Below are positions 1-12,514 of a stretch of 64,000 nt of DNA, piece after piece (the first letter of the stretch is position 1; each line of letters opens with the position of its first letter). Below the pieces are notes generated by a model. It was not told where the DNA came from. It made no database searches and saw only the letters and a list, made by a program, of their open reading frames with translations. Origin of the DNA: Chiloscyllium plagiosum. Taxonomy: Eukaryota. The translations under genes were made by a program, and so were the position numbers. Location of the stretch: positions 65,844,770-65,908,769 of the forward strand of contig NC_057718.1 in assembly GCF_004010195.1 (NCBI RefSeq), read 5' to 3'.

Positions 1-1300
1 GTCACAGGCCTCCAGTCTGACAAATAACCCTCCACTACCACCCTCTTGTCTTCTACCTCTAAGCCAGTTCTGTATCCAAATGGCTAGTCTCCCTGTATTC
101 CATGAGATCTAACCTTGCTCACCAGTCTCCCATGAGGAACCTTGTCGAACACCTTACGGAAGTCCATATAGATCATGGTTACAGCTCTGTCCTCATCAAT
201 CCTCTTTGTTACTACTTCAAAATCTCAATCAAGTTTGTGAGACATGATTTCCCACACATAAAGCCACGTTGACTATCCCTGATCAGTCCTTGCCTTTCCA
301 AATACATGCACATTCTTCCCTCAGGATTCCCTCCAACAACTTGCACACCACGGACATCAATCTCACTGGTCTATAGTTCCCTGGCTTGTCCTTACCATCT
401 TTCTTAGAGAGTGACACCATGTTAGCCAACCTCCAGTCTTCTGGCACCTTACCTGTGACTATCGATGATATAAATATCTCAGCAAGAGGCCCAGCAATCA
501 CTTCCCTAGCTTCCCACACAGTTCGAGGGTACACCTAATCAGGTCCTGGGGATTTATCCACTTTTATATGTTTCAAGACATCCAACACTTCCTCCTCTGT
601 AATCTGGACATTTTTCAAGGTGTCACCATCTATTTCCCTACATTCTATATCTTCCATATCCTTTTCCACAGTAAACACTGATGCACAATACTCATTTAGT
701 ATTTCCCCCATTTCATGTGGGTCCACACAAAGCCTGCCTTGTTGACCTTTGAGGGGCCCTATTCTCTCCTTAATTATCATTTTGTCCTTAATGTATTTAT
801 AAAAACCTTTTGGATTCTCCTTAACTCTATTTGCCAAAGCTATCTCATGTTCCCTTTTTGCCCTCCTGATTTCCCTCATAAATATACTCCTCCTGCCTTT
901 ATACTCTTCTATGGATTCATTTGATCTATCCTGTCTACACCTGACATATGCTTCCTTCTTTTTCTTAACTGAGGCTTTAACTAAAGCCTCAGTTTTTTTA
1001 GTCACCCAGCATTCCCTATACCTACCAGCCTTCCCTTTCACCCTAACGGGAATATACTGTCTCTGGACTCTCGGTATCTCATTTCTGAAGGCTTCCCATT
1101 TTCCAACCATCCCTTTACCTGCAAACATCTGCCCCCAATCAGCCTTTGGAAGTTTTTGCCTAATACCGACAAAATTGGCCTTTCTCCAATTTAAAACTTC
1201 AACTTTTAGATCTGGTCTATCTTTTTCCATCACTATTTTAAAACTAATAGAATTATGGTCGCTGGCCCCAAAGCGCTCCCCCATTGACCCACCTCAGTCA

Positions 1301-1986
1301 GGTAACAACAATGACTGCAGATGCTGGAAACCAGATTTTGGATTAGTGGTGCTGGAAGAGCACAGCAGTTCAGGCAGCATCCAAGGAGCAGCAAAATCGA
1401 CGTTTCGGGCAAAAGCCCTTCATCAGGAATAAAGGCAGAGAGCCTGAAGTGTGGAGAGATAAGCTAGAGGAGGGTGGGGGTGGGGATAGAGTAGCATAGA
1501 GTACAATAGGTCAGTGGGGGAGGAGATGAAGGTGGCCTTTGGAAGTTTTTGCCTAATACCGACAAAATTGGCCTTTCTCCAATTTAAAACTTCAACTTTT
1601 AGATCTGGTCTATCTTTTTCCATCACTATTTTAAAACTAATGGAATTATGGTCGCTGGCCCCAAAGCCCTCCCCCATTGACCCACCTCAGTCAGGTAACA
1701 ACAATGACTGTTGTTGGTCCATCCCTGACCATGTTGGTCCATGTCAGGGTCCATCCCTGACCTCCGCCCTCCTCCCTGACCTATCACCTTCATCACCTCC
1801 CCCACTCACCTATTGTACTCCATGCTACTTTCTCCCCATCCCCACCCTCCTCTAGCTTATCTCTCCACGCTTCAGGCTCTCTGCCTTTATTCCTGATGAA
1901 GGGCTTTTTGCCCGAAACGTCGATTTTGCTGCTCCTCGGATGCTGCCTGAATTGCTGTGCTCTTCCAGCACCACTAATCCAAAATC
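1301..1986. mobile_element. Complex inverted insertion of PLE 3' terminus (family A, hammerhead-bearing) with captured flank
   Basis: Arm 1301-1533 (-) and arm about 1760-1986 (+) are inverted copies. TSD CACCTCAGTCA at 1290-1300 and 1987-1997. 1535-1710 duplicates 1142-1317. Confidence 0.85.
1893..1921 (+). ncRNA. Minimal type I hammerhead ribozyme motif (family A)
   Basis: CUGAUGA-A-GGGC-UUUUU-GCCC-GAAA-CG-UC, with predicted cleavage after 1921. Distal stem I pairing is possible between TTCAGGC (1871-1877) and GCCTGAA downstream. An intact mirror copy lies on the - strand at 1399-1426. Confidence 0.7.
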
Positions 1987-2661
1987 CACCTCAGTCACCT
2001 GCCCTGTCTTATTTCCCAAGGGTGGGTCAGGGTTTGCACCTTCTCTAGTAGGTACATCCACATACTGAATCAGAAAATTTTCTTGTATATGCTTAACAAA
2101 TTCCTCTCCATCTAAACCCTTAACACTACGGCAGTCCCAGCCTATGTTTGGAAAGTTAAAATCCCCTACCATCTATTATTTTTACAAATAATTGAGATCT
2201 CCTTACAAATTTGTTTCTCAATTTCCCTCTGACTGTTAGGGGGTCTGTAATACAATTCCAATAAAGTGATCATCCCTTTCTTATTTCTCAGTTCCACCCA
2301 AATAACTTCCCTGGATGTATTTCTGAAAATATCCTCCCTCAGTACAGCTGTAATGCTATCCCTTATCAAAAGCCTGACTTCCCCTACTCTCTTGCCTCCC
2401 TTTCTGTCCTTCCTGTAGCATTTGTATCCTGGAACATTAAGCTGCCAGTCGTGTCCATCCCTGAGCCATGTTTCTGTAATTGCTATAATATCCCAGTCCC
2501 ATGTTCCTAGCCATGCCCTGAGTTCATCTGCCTTCCCTGTTAGGCCCCTTGCATTGAAATAACTACAGTTTAATTGATCAGTCCTACCTTGTTCTCTGCG
2601 TTGTCCCTCCCTGCCCTGACTGTTCCCTGACTGTTTGGCTTGCTTCTTTTCTCAACTTTTA

Positions 2662-2977
2662 GATTAGATTTTTTTTTAGATTACATTACATTGTGGAAAC
2701 AGGCCCTTCGGCCCAACAAGTCCACACCGACCAGCCGAAGCGCAACCCACCCATACCCCTACATTTACCCCTTACCTAACACTATTTAGCATGGCCAATT
2801 CACCTAACCTGCACATTTTTGGACTGTGGGAGGAAACCGGAGCACCCGGAGGAAACCCACGCAGACACGGGGAGAACGTGCAAACCCCACACAGTCAGTT
2901 GACTGAGGCGGGAATTGAACCCGGGTCTCTGGCGCTGTGAGGCAGCAGTGCTAACCACTGTGCCACCATGCCGCCCA
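2662..2977 (-). mobile_element. tRNA-derived SINE (HE1/V-SINE-like), nested in CR1
   Basis: Head has an A box (TGGCACAGTGG) and a B box (GGTTCAATTCC). V-domain-like GTGGGTTTCCTCCGGGTGCTCCGGTTTCCTCCCAC. CR1-like 3' tail ending in (AATCT)n. Confidence 0.88.
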
Positions 2978-4794
2978 CAAACTGTACCAGCCTCAGACTG
3001 ATCTCTTTCCTCATTAACTTCCTGGGTCCCACTCCCCATCCCCCACCTTACTAGTTTAAATCCTCCCAAGCAGCTCTAGCAAATCTCCCTTCCAGTATAT
3101 TAGTCCCCTTCCAATTTGGTGCAATCCGTCCTTCTTGTACATGTCATTTCTATTGCAGAAGAGATTCCAATGATCCAAAAATGTGAATCCTTCTCCTATA
3201 CACCAGCTCCTTAAGCCATGCATTCATCTGCTCTATGCTCCTATTCCTATCCTCACTAGCATGTAGCACCAGGAGTAATCTAGATATTATTACTCTCGAG
3301 GACCTCCGTTTTAAATTCCTGCCTAACTCTTTCTGTCTTCTCCCTTCAGAATCTCAACCTTTTTTCTTCCTATGTCATTGGTTCCAATGCTTACAATAAC
3401 CTCCTGCTGGTCCCTCGCCCCCTTGAGAATTCTGCAACCTCTCTGAGACATCCTTGATCCTGGCACCAGGGAAGCAACCCACCATTCTGATTTTTCGCTG
3501 CTGCCTACAGAAATGTCTGTCTGTGCCTCGGACTAGAGAGCCCCCCTAACACAATCAATCTCTTGGAACCCGATATACCCCTCATTACATTAGAGCCAGT
3601 CTCAATACAAGAAACATGGCTATTCATGCTGAGACTGAATCCCCTGAGAATCCATCACTCCCTACATTTTCCAAAACAATGAACTTGTTTGAAATGAGGA
3701 TAGCCACAGAAGACTCCTGCACTATCTGCCAACCTCTCTTTCTTGGAGTTAACCCATCCATGCGACTGTATCAACAACTTTTCTCCCTTCCTAAAACTGC
3801 CAGCTATCACACCCCATTGCTCTTGTAAATTCCTCATTTCCTCTGACTGTCGCTCCAACAATTCCGTTCAATCTGATAGGATTCGCAACCAATGGCATGT
3901 ATTGCAGATATAATCCTCAGTAACATATAAACTCTCCCTAAACTCCCACATCTGACAAGATTATATCACTCAACCAAGGGACATTTTTGCTTCTTCCAAT
4001 CTGCAGATCCAGAAAATAGCCCCATCTTATTCCTCTACAAAATACTGCTCCAGGCTAACTTAATAGCTATGGCTTATATTTTAGGTTTAATCAAAAGACA
4101 TCTCTCAATAAAACATATTATCAAGAAAGAACCCACTCTATTCATTTCTGCAGATTTCCCAAGGCCACACTTCAAACTATTCACTTATCTGTGTCTGTGC
4201 TGTGACCGCTCCCAAACAGGTTCCTCCAAGATCAGTAGCGAATTTCACTGTTTGATAATTTTGCCAGATGCGCTCCGATATCCAGCGATATATTAATTCA
4301 ACAGCAAAGGCAGTAACTGCGCAGGTTCACTGCTCTGTCAGTTAGCAGTGTGGGTTTCTTTCTTTCTTTCTCTCGCTCTCTCTCTCTCTCCCCTGCACTG
4401 ACCTCTCCATGTGCTGCTTTAGTTTGTTCCTCTCCCATTTAAAAGTGCTGTTGGTTTGACTCTTTTTTTTCTCCAAAGTTCCAAAACAATGCAACAGCAT
4501 ATAAAACAGTAATGCTGCTCCTAGAATTCAAGGAAATCACCTTCAACACCTAAAATATCTCAAATAAGAAGCAGCCTGTTACAGCCAGAAATCTTTCCGG
4601 CAATCAGTTGGATTTTCATTTTGTGGAAGTTGTAGAAGCCTTACTGCTATAATTGCTTTAAAGCTTTGCCATTGTCTTTTTTTAAGTTATATTTCTTGGC
4701 ATTTGTCCAATTTTTGGTAAGACACTATCAATTTGCCTGAAAACAAATGTTAATTACTTCTATTGTCTTTTTGTATTTGAGATTAATGCATGCT

Positions 4795-5130
4795 ATTTGC
4801 CCTATCCATGCCTCTCATGATTTATAAACCTGTATAAAGTCACCCCTCAGCCTCCAAAGCTCCACGAAAATAGCCCCAACTTGTTGAACCTCTTCCTATA
4901 AGTCAAACTCTCCAACCCTGGTAACATCTGTGTAAGTCTTCTTTGAACCCTTTCAAGCCTTACACCAGAATTGAATGCAGTATTCCAAAAGCAGCCGAAT
5001 TAATGTCTTGTACAGTTGCAACATGACTTCCCAACTCCTATACTCAATGTACTGATCAATAAAGGCAACATACCAAATGACTTTGTCACTATCCTGTCTA
5101 ACTGGGACTCCACAGCCAAGGAACTATGTC
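4795..5130 (-). mobile_element. CR1 RT C-terminal fragment
   Basis: Similar to other CR1 3' regions in the window (e.g. 10140-10500). Confidence 0.7.
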
Positions 5131-5324
5131 AGCTACAAATTTAGTAAAGCAAATCCATTAGTGCCTTGTCATAATATCTTCCAAGCTCATTGAGTTTATC
5201 TGGAATCTTTTAATGCTCATCTGCTGGAAAAGAGCATGTGAATTATCCTGTAATATTGATCTGTGGTTGTGATGGTTTAAGTGCTATGCTACCAAAAACA
5301 ATACAGCATGATGGTCATAAAGTT

Positions 5325-7320
5325 TTTGAGTCATCGAGTCCTACAGCATGGAGACAGGCCCTTTGGCCTGTCTATCCACCCTGAAGCCATTTCCCTGCAC
5401 TTGGTCATATCATTCTAAACCTTTCCTGTCCATGTATTTGTCCAAATGGTTTTTAAATGTTGTTAATGTACCCGCCTCAAACACTTCCGCTGGCAGCTCA
5501 TTCCATATGTATACCACTCTCTGTGTAAAAAGGTTGCTGCTCAGGTTCCCTTTTATTCTTTCCCCTCTAACCTTAAACTGATGCCCTCTCGTCCTTGATT
5601 TCCCAACCCTAAGTAAAATACTGAGTGCATTTACCCTATCCATGCTTCTCTTGATCATATTCTCTTCAATAATATCCCCGTTGGTCTCCCACGCACTAAA
5701 GAAAAATGTCCTAGCTTGTCCAATTTCTTCCTACAACTCAGACCCTTGAGTCCTGGCAACATCCTTATAAGACCATAAGACATAGGAGTGGAAGTAAGGC
5801 CATTCGGCCCATCGAGTCCACTCCGCCATTCAATCATGGCTGATGCGCATTTCAGCTCCACTTACCAGCGTTCTCCCCGTAGCCCTTAATTCCTCTAGAC
5901 AACAAGAATCTATCAATCTCGGCCTTGAAGACATCTTCATTGAGTTGTAGAAGAATACAATCCCAGTATCCTCAGCCGTTCCTCATATGTTAGACCTGTC
6001 ATTCCAGGGATCATCCGTGTGAATCTCCGCTGGACACGTTCCAGTGCCAGTATGTCCTTCCTGAGGTGTGGGGACCAAAACTGGACACAGTACTCCAAAT
6101 GGGGCCTAACCAGAGCTTTATAAAGTCTTAGTAGTACAACATCTCTGCTATATTCCAACCCTCTTGAGATAAGAGACAACATTGCATTCGCTTTCTTAAT
6201 CACGGACTCAACCTGCATCCTTGTAAATGTTTTCTGCACTCTTTCCAATTTAATAACATCCTTCCTATAGCAAGGTGACGAAAACTGAACACAATACTCC
6301 AAGTGCAGCCTCAACAACTCCAACATACTTCCCAACCTCTAGACTCAATGCCCTGACTGATGAAGGCCAGTGTACCAAAAGCCTTCTTCACTGCCCTGTC
6401 TATCTGTGGCTCCACTTTCAGAGAACTGTGCACCTGAATTCCACATTCCCTCTGTTCCGCTACACTCGTAAGGCCCTACCATTCACCATAAAACCCCCAC
6501 CTTGATTCAACTTTCCAAAATGCACAGCCTCTCACATATCTATATTAAACTCCATTTGTCATTTTTCTGCCCACTTCCCCAGCTGATCAAGGACCTGCTG
6601 CAATTTCTGATAACTTTCCTTACTATCCACAATACCTTCTATTTTAGTGTCATCTGCAGACTTACTAACCATGCCTTGCACATTCTCATCCAAATCATTG
6701 ATATAGAATACAAACAACAATAGGCCCAGCACCGACCCCTGAGGCACTCCACTTGTCATAGGCCTCCAGTCCAACAACATAGTTCCACTATTACTCTCTG
6801 CTTCCTATCCAGGCAATTGTGTATCCAATTTGTCCGTTCCCCGGGATTCCATGCAATATAACCTACCATGTGGAACCTTATCAAAGGCCTTACTAAAATT
6901 CTTATAGACATCTACCACCCTGCCTTCTCTGGTCACTTTATCAGAGAATTCGAACAAATTTGTGAGGCATGATCTCCCATGCACAAAGCCATGCTGACTA
7001 TTCTTAATCAAACCCTGTCTTTCCAAATGCATGTATAACTTATCTCTCAGAATCTTCTCAACTAACTTACCTACCACAGATGTTAGGCTTACTGTTCTAT
7101 AGTTGCCAGGTTTTTTTTGTACCCTTGCTTAAATAAGGGTACAACATTCGCTAGCCTCCAGTCTTCCAGACCTCACCATGTCTAATGATGATGCAAAAAT
7201 ATCAGCCAGGGCCCCCACAATTTCTTCTCTAACTTTCTTGGATAAATCTGGTCAGGACCAGGAGATTTATCCACCTTCACAAGCTGTAATACATCCAACA
7301 CCTTCTCGACTGTGATATGG
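5325..7320 (-). mobile_element. 5'-truncated CR1 LINE (RT and 3'UTR)
   Basis: SQHGF, FSKAFDKVPH, SGVPQGSVLG, (F/S)ADD, LEYCVQF and NLFTQRVV..WNELP motifs. Confidence 0.9.
5771..6215 (-). mobile_element. Younger CR1 3' fragment nested in CR1
   Basis: LYKALVRPHLEYCVQFWSP. Apparent TSD CATCCTT(A/G)TAA at 5760-5770 and 6216-6226. Confidence 0.8.
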
Positions 7321-7878
7321 GCAGTCTATAGTAATTCATGAACTCTCAGAGAGTCAAGCACAGGCAGAGGTTATTTTACCAAGATCTTGTGATATTGCTA
7401 GTTCTACATGTATGAAAAGTATTAGTTGTGTTTTCCCACCAGAGGTGTATTAATTCAGTATTTATGTTGACATTTCCAAACACCTAAAAGGAGGTGCACT
7501 CCATACTTTGACACTGTTAGTGTTAGACTGGATAGTATTGTGATTTAGGTATCATCACTCTGCTAATAAATGTATTCTTGTGTGTGATCAAAGACATTCA
7601 ATCTGTGTGAGGTAGCATTGGGATTGTTATTTGCATTGGACAGAGGTGAGGCAGACAACACTGGATGTTCCTATTCCCCAGGAGCATGAGACACACCATG
7701 TAGCCAACATGTGCACAGAGTAACAGTTTTAAGTATTACACCTTCTGTTCCAACTGATCTGAACAAGTTAGAAATCTACATGACACAAATTACTGCAAAC
7801 TTTATTGAACTTTCACTGTTCTATTCTAGCATTTGGTATTCATTGCACTAAATATGATGAGAAATGTTGAAGGTGCTG

Positions 7879-8070
7879 AGTCAAAACGCGTGGCACTAGA
7901 AAAGCACAGCAGGACAGGCAGCATCTGAGAAGCAGGAGATAATCCCTTCATCAGCTTATGCCCGAAATGTCGACTTTCCTGCTCCTCAGATGCTACCTGA
8001 CTTGCTGTGCTTTTCCAGTGGCACACTTTTTGACCCTGATCTCCAGCATCTGCAGTCCTTGCTTTCTCCT
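7879..8070. mobile_element. Fold-back mini-insertion of PLE family A 3' end
   Basis: Inverted arms meet inside the hammerhead motif (cccttcatcag|cttatgcccgaaa). TSD ATGTTG(A/G)AGGTGCTG at 7864-7878 and 8071-8085. Confidence 0.85.
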
Positions 8071-8431
8071 ATGTTGGAGGTGCTGTCTTTCAGAAGGGAC
8101 ATTATTTCTGTAGTTGAGATGGATGTGAAAGATACCACTGCACGATTTAAAAAAGAGAAGGAATTTATTTCTCTTGATCAATGTTCCTCCTTCAGCCAGA
8201 TTAATTAGTCATTCATCAAACAACCTTTTGTTAGGTGCTACATTTCGTTTAATAATGTTCGTGTGTGTGAAAACTTAGAGATATCTTTGAAAAATATGCA
8301 GTTAACTATGGTAGTTATTCATATATGGTAGTTTTCATATATTTCATACATGGAAACTGGCATATATTCTCAAAATCTTACATTGAATGTGATAGAGAAT
8401 AAATAAAACTTATGCTTTTCTAATCCTGCAG

Positions 8432-8786
8432 GCACCCTCTATTCCATCACTAACTGTGTCTGGTGAAACATCAAGTGCTTACTCTTCACCAGAAAGCTCC
8501 AGGAGATCAATTGCATCTGAAGCTTCATCATCACAATATTCTGATCAGGGGCTTGCCTCTATTAATTCCTTCAGTTCTGATTTTGGGGTTCAGTACTTTA
8601 CATCTGCTTTGCAGCCCTGTGTGGGATCTTCACAGCAAGAAATATGTGAACCTGCACAATCTGACCAAAAAAGGATTACCACTGGATCACATGAGAACTT
8701 GACTGCAGAAACCCCACAGTTCACTCCTACTGGAGAAAATACCAGGACAGCAGAACACTTGACAGCTCTAACCACATCTGTGAGAG
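8432..8786 (+). CDS. IPCEF1: Internal coding exon (Ser-rich linker) of IPCEF1/CNKSR-family gene
   Basis: Acceptor ttttctaatcctgcAG ends at 8431 and donor AG|GTAAGC starts at 8787. Open frame APSIPSLTVSGETSSAYSSPESSRR...TTSVR+G. Ends in phase 1, which joins the 36169 exon as GAA (Glu). Non-repetitive sequence. Assigned by phase and position; the peptide is low-complexity and not recognised on its own. Confidence 0.7.
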
Positions 8787-8954
8787 GTAAGCATGTGCAT
8801 TTAAAACAATATATTTTCAAAAGACGTTTCTTCCTTTTTGTAGAGACTAAGAATCTCTTGGCATCCAATGCACCAAGATAGCCTGACTGAGTGAATCTAG
8901 AATATGAGTGTTGAAAGGGTGACAATGATTAAGCAATCACTGCTTCCATCGATA

Positions 8955-9135
8955 ATCATGATTTGGAGATTCTGGTGTTGGACTGGGGTGTACAAAGTTA
9001 AAAATCACACAACACCAGGTTATAGTCCAACAGGTTTAATTGGAAGCACACTAACTTTCAAAGTGACGCTCCTTCATCAGGTGGTAGTCCCTGATGAAGG
9101 AGCGTCGCCCCGAAAGCTAGTGTGCTTCCAATTAA
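8955..9135. mobile_element. Fold-back mini-insertion, hammerhead family B (putative PLE terminus)
   Basis: Inverted arms centred near 9085. TSD TCCAT(C/T)GATA at 8945-8954 and 9136-9145. + strand core CTGATGA-A-GGAGC-GTC-GCCCC-GAAA-GC-TA at 9091-9119. Confidence 0.8.
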
Positions 9136-9396
9136 TCCATTGATAGATTTTTAATTCATCAGCCTTTCAAGCTGTCTGGGAAGGGTGATTGTAACACTTC
9201 TATGACTAAGATCAGTTAAACAAACAAAGAGATAGAATTGTCTTGAAACTTTCCGGTTTCCTTGGTGTATATCATTTAAGTCCACTTTAGACACTTATCC
9301 ATCTATCAATGATGTGCTCAATTCATATCACCAACATCATTTCAAATGATAGCAGCACAACTGCAATTGGGAGCACAGCATGTGGGAGTTACAATA

Positions 9397-9497
9397 AAGC
9401 TGAAAGTGCTGGAGAAACACAGTAGGGTTTCTGGCAGCATCTGTGGAGAAAGGAACAAAGTAATGCTTTGAATTTGTTATGACTGTTCCTCAGAATT
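9397..9497 (-). mobile_element. Degenerate PLE 3' terminus (family C-like)
   Basis: Resembles 27207-27340 (tgctggagaaa...ggcagcatctgtggag...ttcctcagaa). Confidence 0.5.
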
Positions 9498-12132
9498 TCC
9501 AGAAAAAAGCAACAGGCTCCACAAGCTCCTTGGTACTTGAAAAATGGTACAAGGTTGGAACACAATACTTTGTGTACAGAAAATGGGTCTTTGCATATAA
9601 ACTTATGTCACTTTGTGCAAGCATAAATGAGCAATAAGCATACTGAAAATCGTTCAGTTGGGGTTCCAAATTATAGAATCACATCTTAGAGTGGAGGTTT
9701 TGATCAATTTTGCAAGTGTGGGGTGGTTGGGAACAATCTGCATTCTTCTTTTGTGAACAACTGAAAAAGCGTATTGTTTAATTTGGTCAACAAATCACTG
9801 GAATATACAGCATACATAGGTCATTAGAGGCATTCTGGATGGAAACAGACCGTTCTGTCCAACTCATCCATGCCAACCAGATATACTAAATTAATCTAGT
9901 CCCATTTGCCAGCAATTGGCCCATATCCCTCGAGACTGTTCCTATTCATATACCTATCCAGATGCCTTTTAAATGTTGTCAATTGCTCCAGCCTCCACCA
10001 CTATCTCTGCCAACTCATCCCATACACACACCACCCTCTGCATAAAAAAGTTCCCCATTAGATCCCTTTTAAATATTTCCCCTCTCACTTTAAACATATC
10101 CCCTCTAGTTGTGGTCTCCCCACCCTGGGGAAGAGACCTTGTCTATTTACCCTATCCATGTTCCTCATGATTTTATAAACCTCTATAAGGTCACCCCTCA
10201 GCCTCTGATGGTCCAGGAAAGAAAGCCCAGACTATTCAGCCTCTCACTATAGCTCAAACCCTTCAACCCTGGCAACATCCTTGTAAATCTTTTCTGAACC
10301 CATTCAAGTTTCACAATATCCTTCCCATAGCAGGGATATGGCAGAACTGAATGCAGTATTCCAAAAGTAGCCGAACCAATGTCCTGTACAGTCGCAACAT
10401 GATCTCCCAACTCCTACACTTAATGTACTGACAATAAAGACAAGCATACTAAATGTTTTCTTTACTATCCGATTTACCTGCAATTCTACTTTCAAGGATC
10501 TATGAACCTGTCCAAGGTCTGTTTGTTCAGCAACAGTCCCCATGACCTTGCCATTCAGCGTATAAGTCCTGCCCTGATTTGCCTTTCCAAAATGCAGCAC
10601 CTCACATTTATCTAAATTAACCTCCTTCTGCCACTCCTCAGCCCATTGATCCATTTGATCAAAATGCCATTGTACTCTGAGTTAACCTTCTTTGCTGTCC
10701 ACTACGCCTCCCTTTGGTGTCATCCGCAAACTTACTAACTGTACCTTCCATGTTCACATCCAAATCATTTACGTAAATGATGAAAAGCTGTGGACTCAGC
10801 TCCAATCCCCCTGTGGCACATCACTGGTCACAGGCCTCCAATCTGAAAAGCAAAGCTCCACCACTACCCTCTCTTCTATGGCTAGTTGTCCCTGTATTCT
10901 GTGTGATTGAACCTTTACAACCAGTCTACCATGAGGAACCTTGTCGAACGTCTTACTAAAGTCTGTATAGATCACGTCCACTGCTCTGCCCTCATCAATC
11001 TTCTTCGTTACTTCTTCAAAAACTCAATTAAGTTAGTGAGACATGATTTCCCACATACAATGCCATGTTGACTATCCCTAATCAGTCCTTGCCTTTCCAA
11101 ACACATGTAAATCCTGTCCCTCAGGAATCTCTCCCCCAAAATTTGCCCATCAGTGATGTCAAGCTCCCTCGTCTATAGTTTCCTGGCTTTTTCTTACCAC
11201 CTTCCTTAAATAGTGGCACCACGTTAGCCAACCTCCAGTGTTTCGGCACCTCACCTGTGACTATCGATGATCCTAATATCTGAACAAGGGGCCCAGCAAT
11301 CACTTCCTTAGGCTCCCACAAAGTTCTAGGGTACACCTGATCAGATCCTGGGGGATTAATCCACTTTTATGCATTTTAAAACATACAGCACATCCTCCTT
11401 CATAATATGGATATTTTCCAAGATGTTGCTATTTATTTCCCCACATTCTGTATCTGCCATATCCTTCTCCACGGTAAACACTGATGCAAAATACTCATTT
11501 AGTATCTCCCCCATCTGCTGCAGTTCCACACATAGGCTACCTTGCTGATCCTTAAGGGCCCTATTCTCTCCCTAGTTACTCTATTGTCCTTAATGTATTT
11601 GTTGAATCCATTTGGGTTCTCTTTAATCCTATTTGCTAAAGCTATCTCATGTCCCCTTTTTGCTGTCCTGATTTCCCTCTTTAGTGTACTGTTACTGCCT
11701 TTATACTCCTTGGGATTCACTCAATTCCTGCTGTCTATATCTGACATATGCTTCCTTCTTTTTCTTGACCAAAACCTCAATTTCTCTAATCATCCAGCAT
11801 TCCTTACACATATCAGCCTTGCCTTTTACCTTAACAGGAACATACTGTCTCTGGACTCTTGTTATCTCATTTTTGAAGGCTTTCCATTTTCCACTCGTCC
11901 TCTGCCTCCAATCAACTTTTGAAATTTTTTTTGCCGAATACCATCAAAATTGGCATTCCTCCAATTTAGAACTTTAACTTTTAGATCTGGTCTATCCATT
12001 TCCATCACTATTTTAAAAGTAATAGAATTGTGGTCACTGGCCCCAAAGTACTCCCCCACTGACACCTCAGTTACCTGCCCTGCCTTATTTCCCAGGAGTA
12101 AGTCAAGTTTTGCACTTTCTCTAGTAGATATA

Positions 12133-12306
12133 CAGAGGAACCTCGATTATCCAGTATCCAATTAACTGAATATTGGACTATCTGGCAAGACCGCAAGGTC
12201 CTGATGCTTGACTTAACTATGTTATCCAGCATTCGATTATCCGGAATGCGATTAACCGAATGAAATACTCCCCTCCCATGTTCTTCGGAAAATCAAGATT
12301 CCTCTG
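12133..12306. mobile_element. Tigger/pogo-like (Tc1/mariner) MITE nested in CR1
   Basis: TIRs CAGAGGAACCTCGATTATCC and GGAAAATCAAGATTCCTCTG, flanked by TA on both sides (12131-12132, 12307-12308). Absent at the homologous site of the CR1 copy near 2050. Confidence 0.85.
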
Positions 12307-12514
12307 TATCTACATACTAATCAGAAAATGTTCTTGTACACACTTAACAAATTCATCTCCAAACAAGCCCTTAAAAATATGGCAGTCATAGTCTATGTTT
12401 GGAAAGTTAAAATCCCCCAGCATAGCCACCCTATTATTCTTACAGAAAACTGAGATTTCCTTACAAATTTGTTTCTCAATTTCCTGCTGACTATTGGGGG
12501 GAGTGGGGGGAGTG

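Larger units (their letters stand above)
1..4600 (-). mobile_element. CR1 LINE, decayed (5'UTR, ORF1, ORF2 endonuclease and start of RT); runs off the left edge
   Basis: Fragments GDFNFPNI, YYRPPNS, SDHNSISF, DKSPGPD and PGNYRPV are typical CR1 ORF2. ORF1 remnant at about 3000-3970. Frameshifts and stops throughout. Confidence 0.92.

Noticed and set aside
911..1855. + strand ORFs overlapping CR1/PLE sequence, and many similar short ORFs elsewhere
   Set aside because: Antisense or chimeric frames of repeats, often with non-ATG starts. No independent coding evidence.
2900..2977. tRNA-like sequences (also 45158, 46380, 48532)
   Set aside because: They are SINE heads with A/B boxes attached to SINE bodies, not complete tRNA genes.
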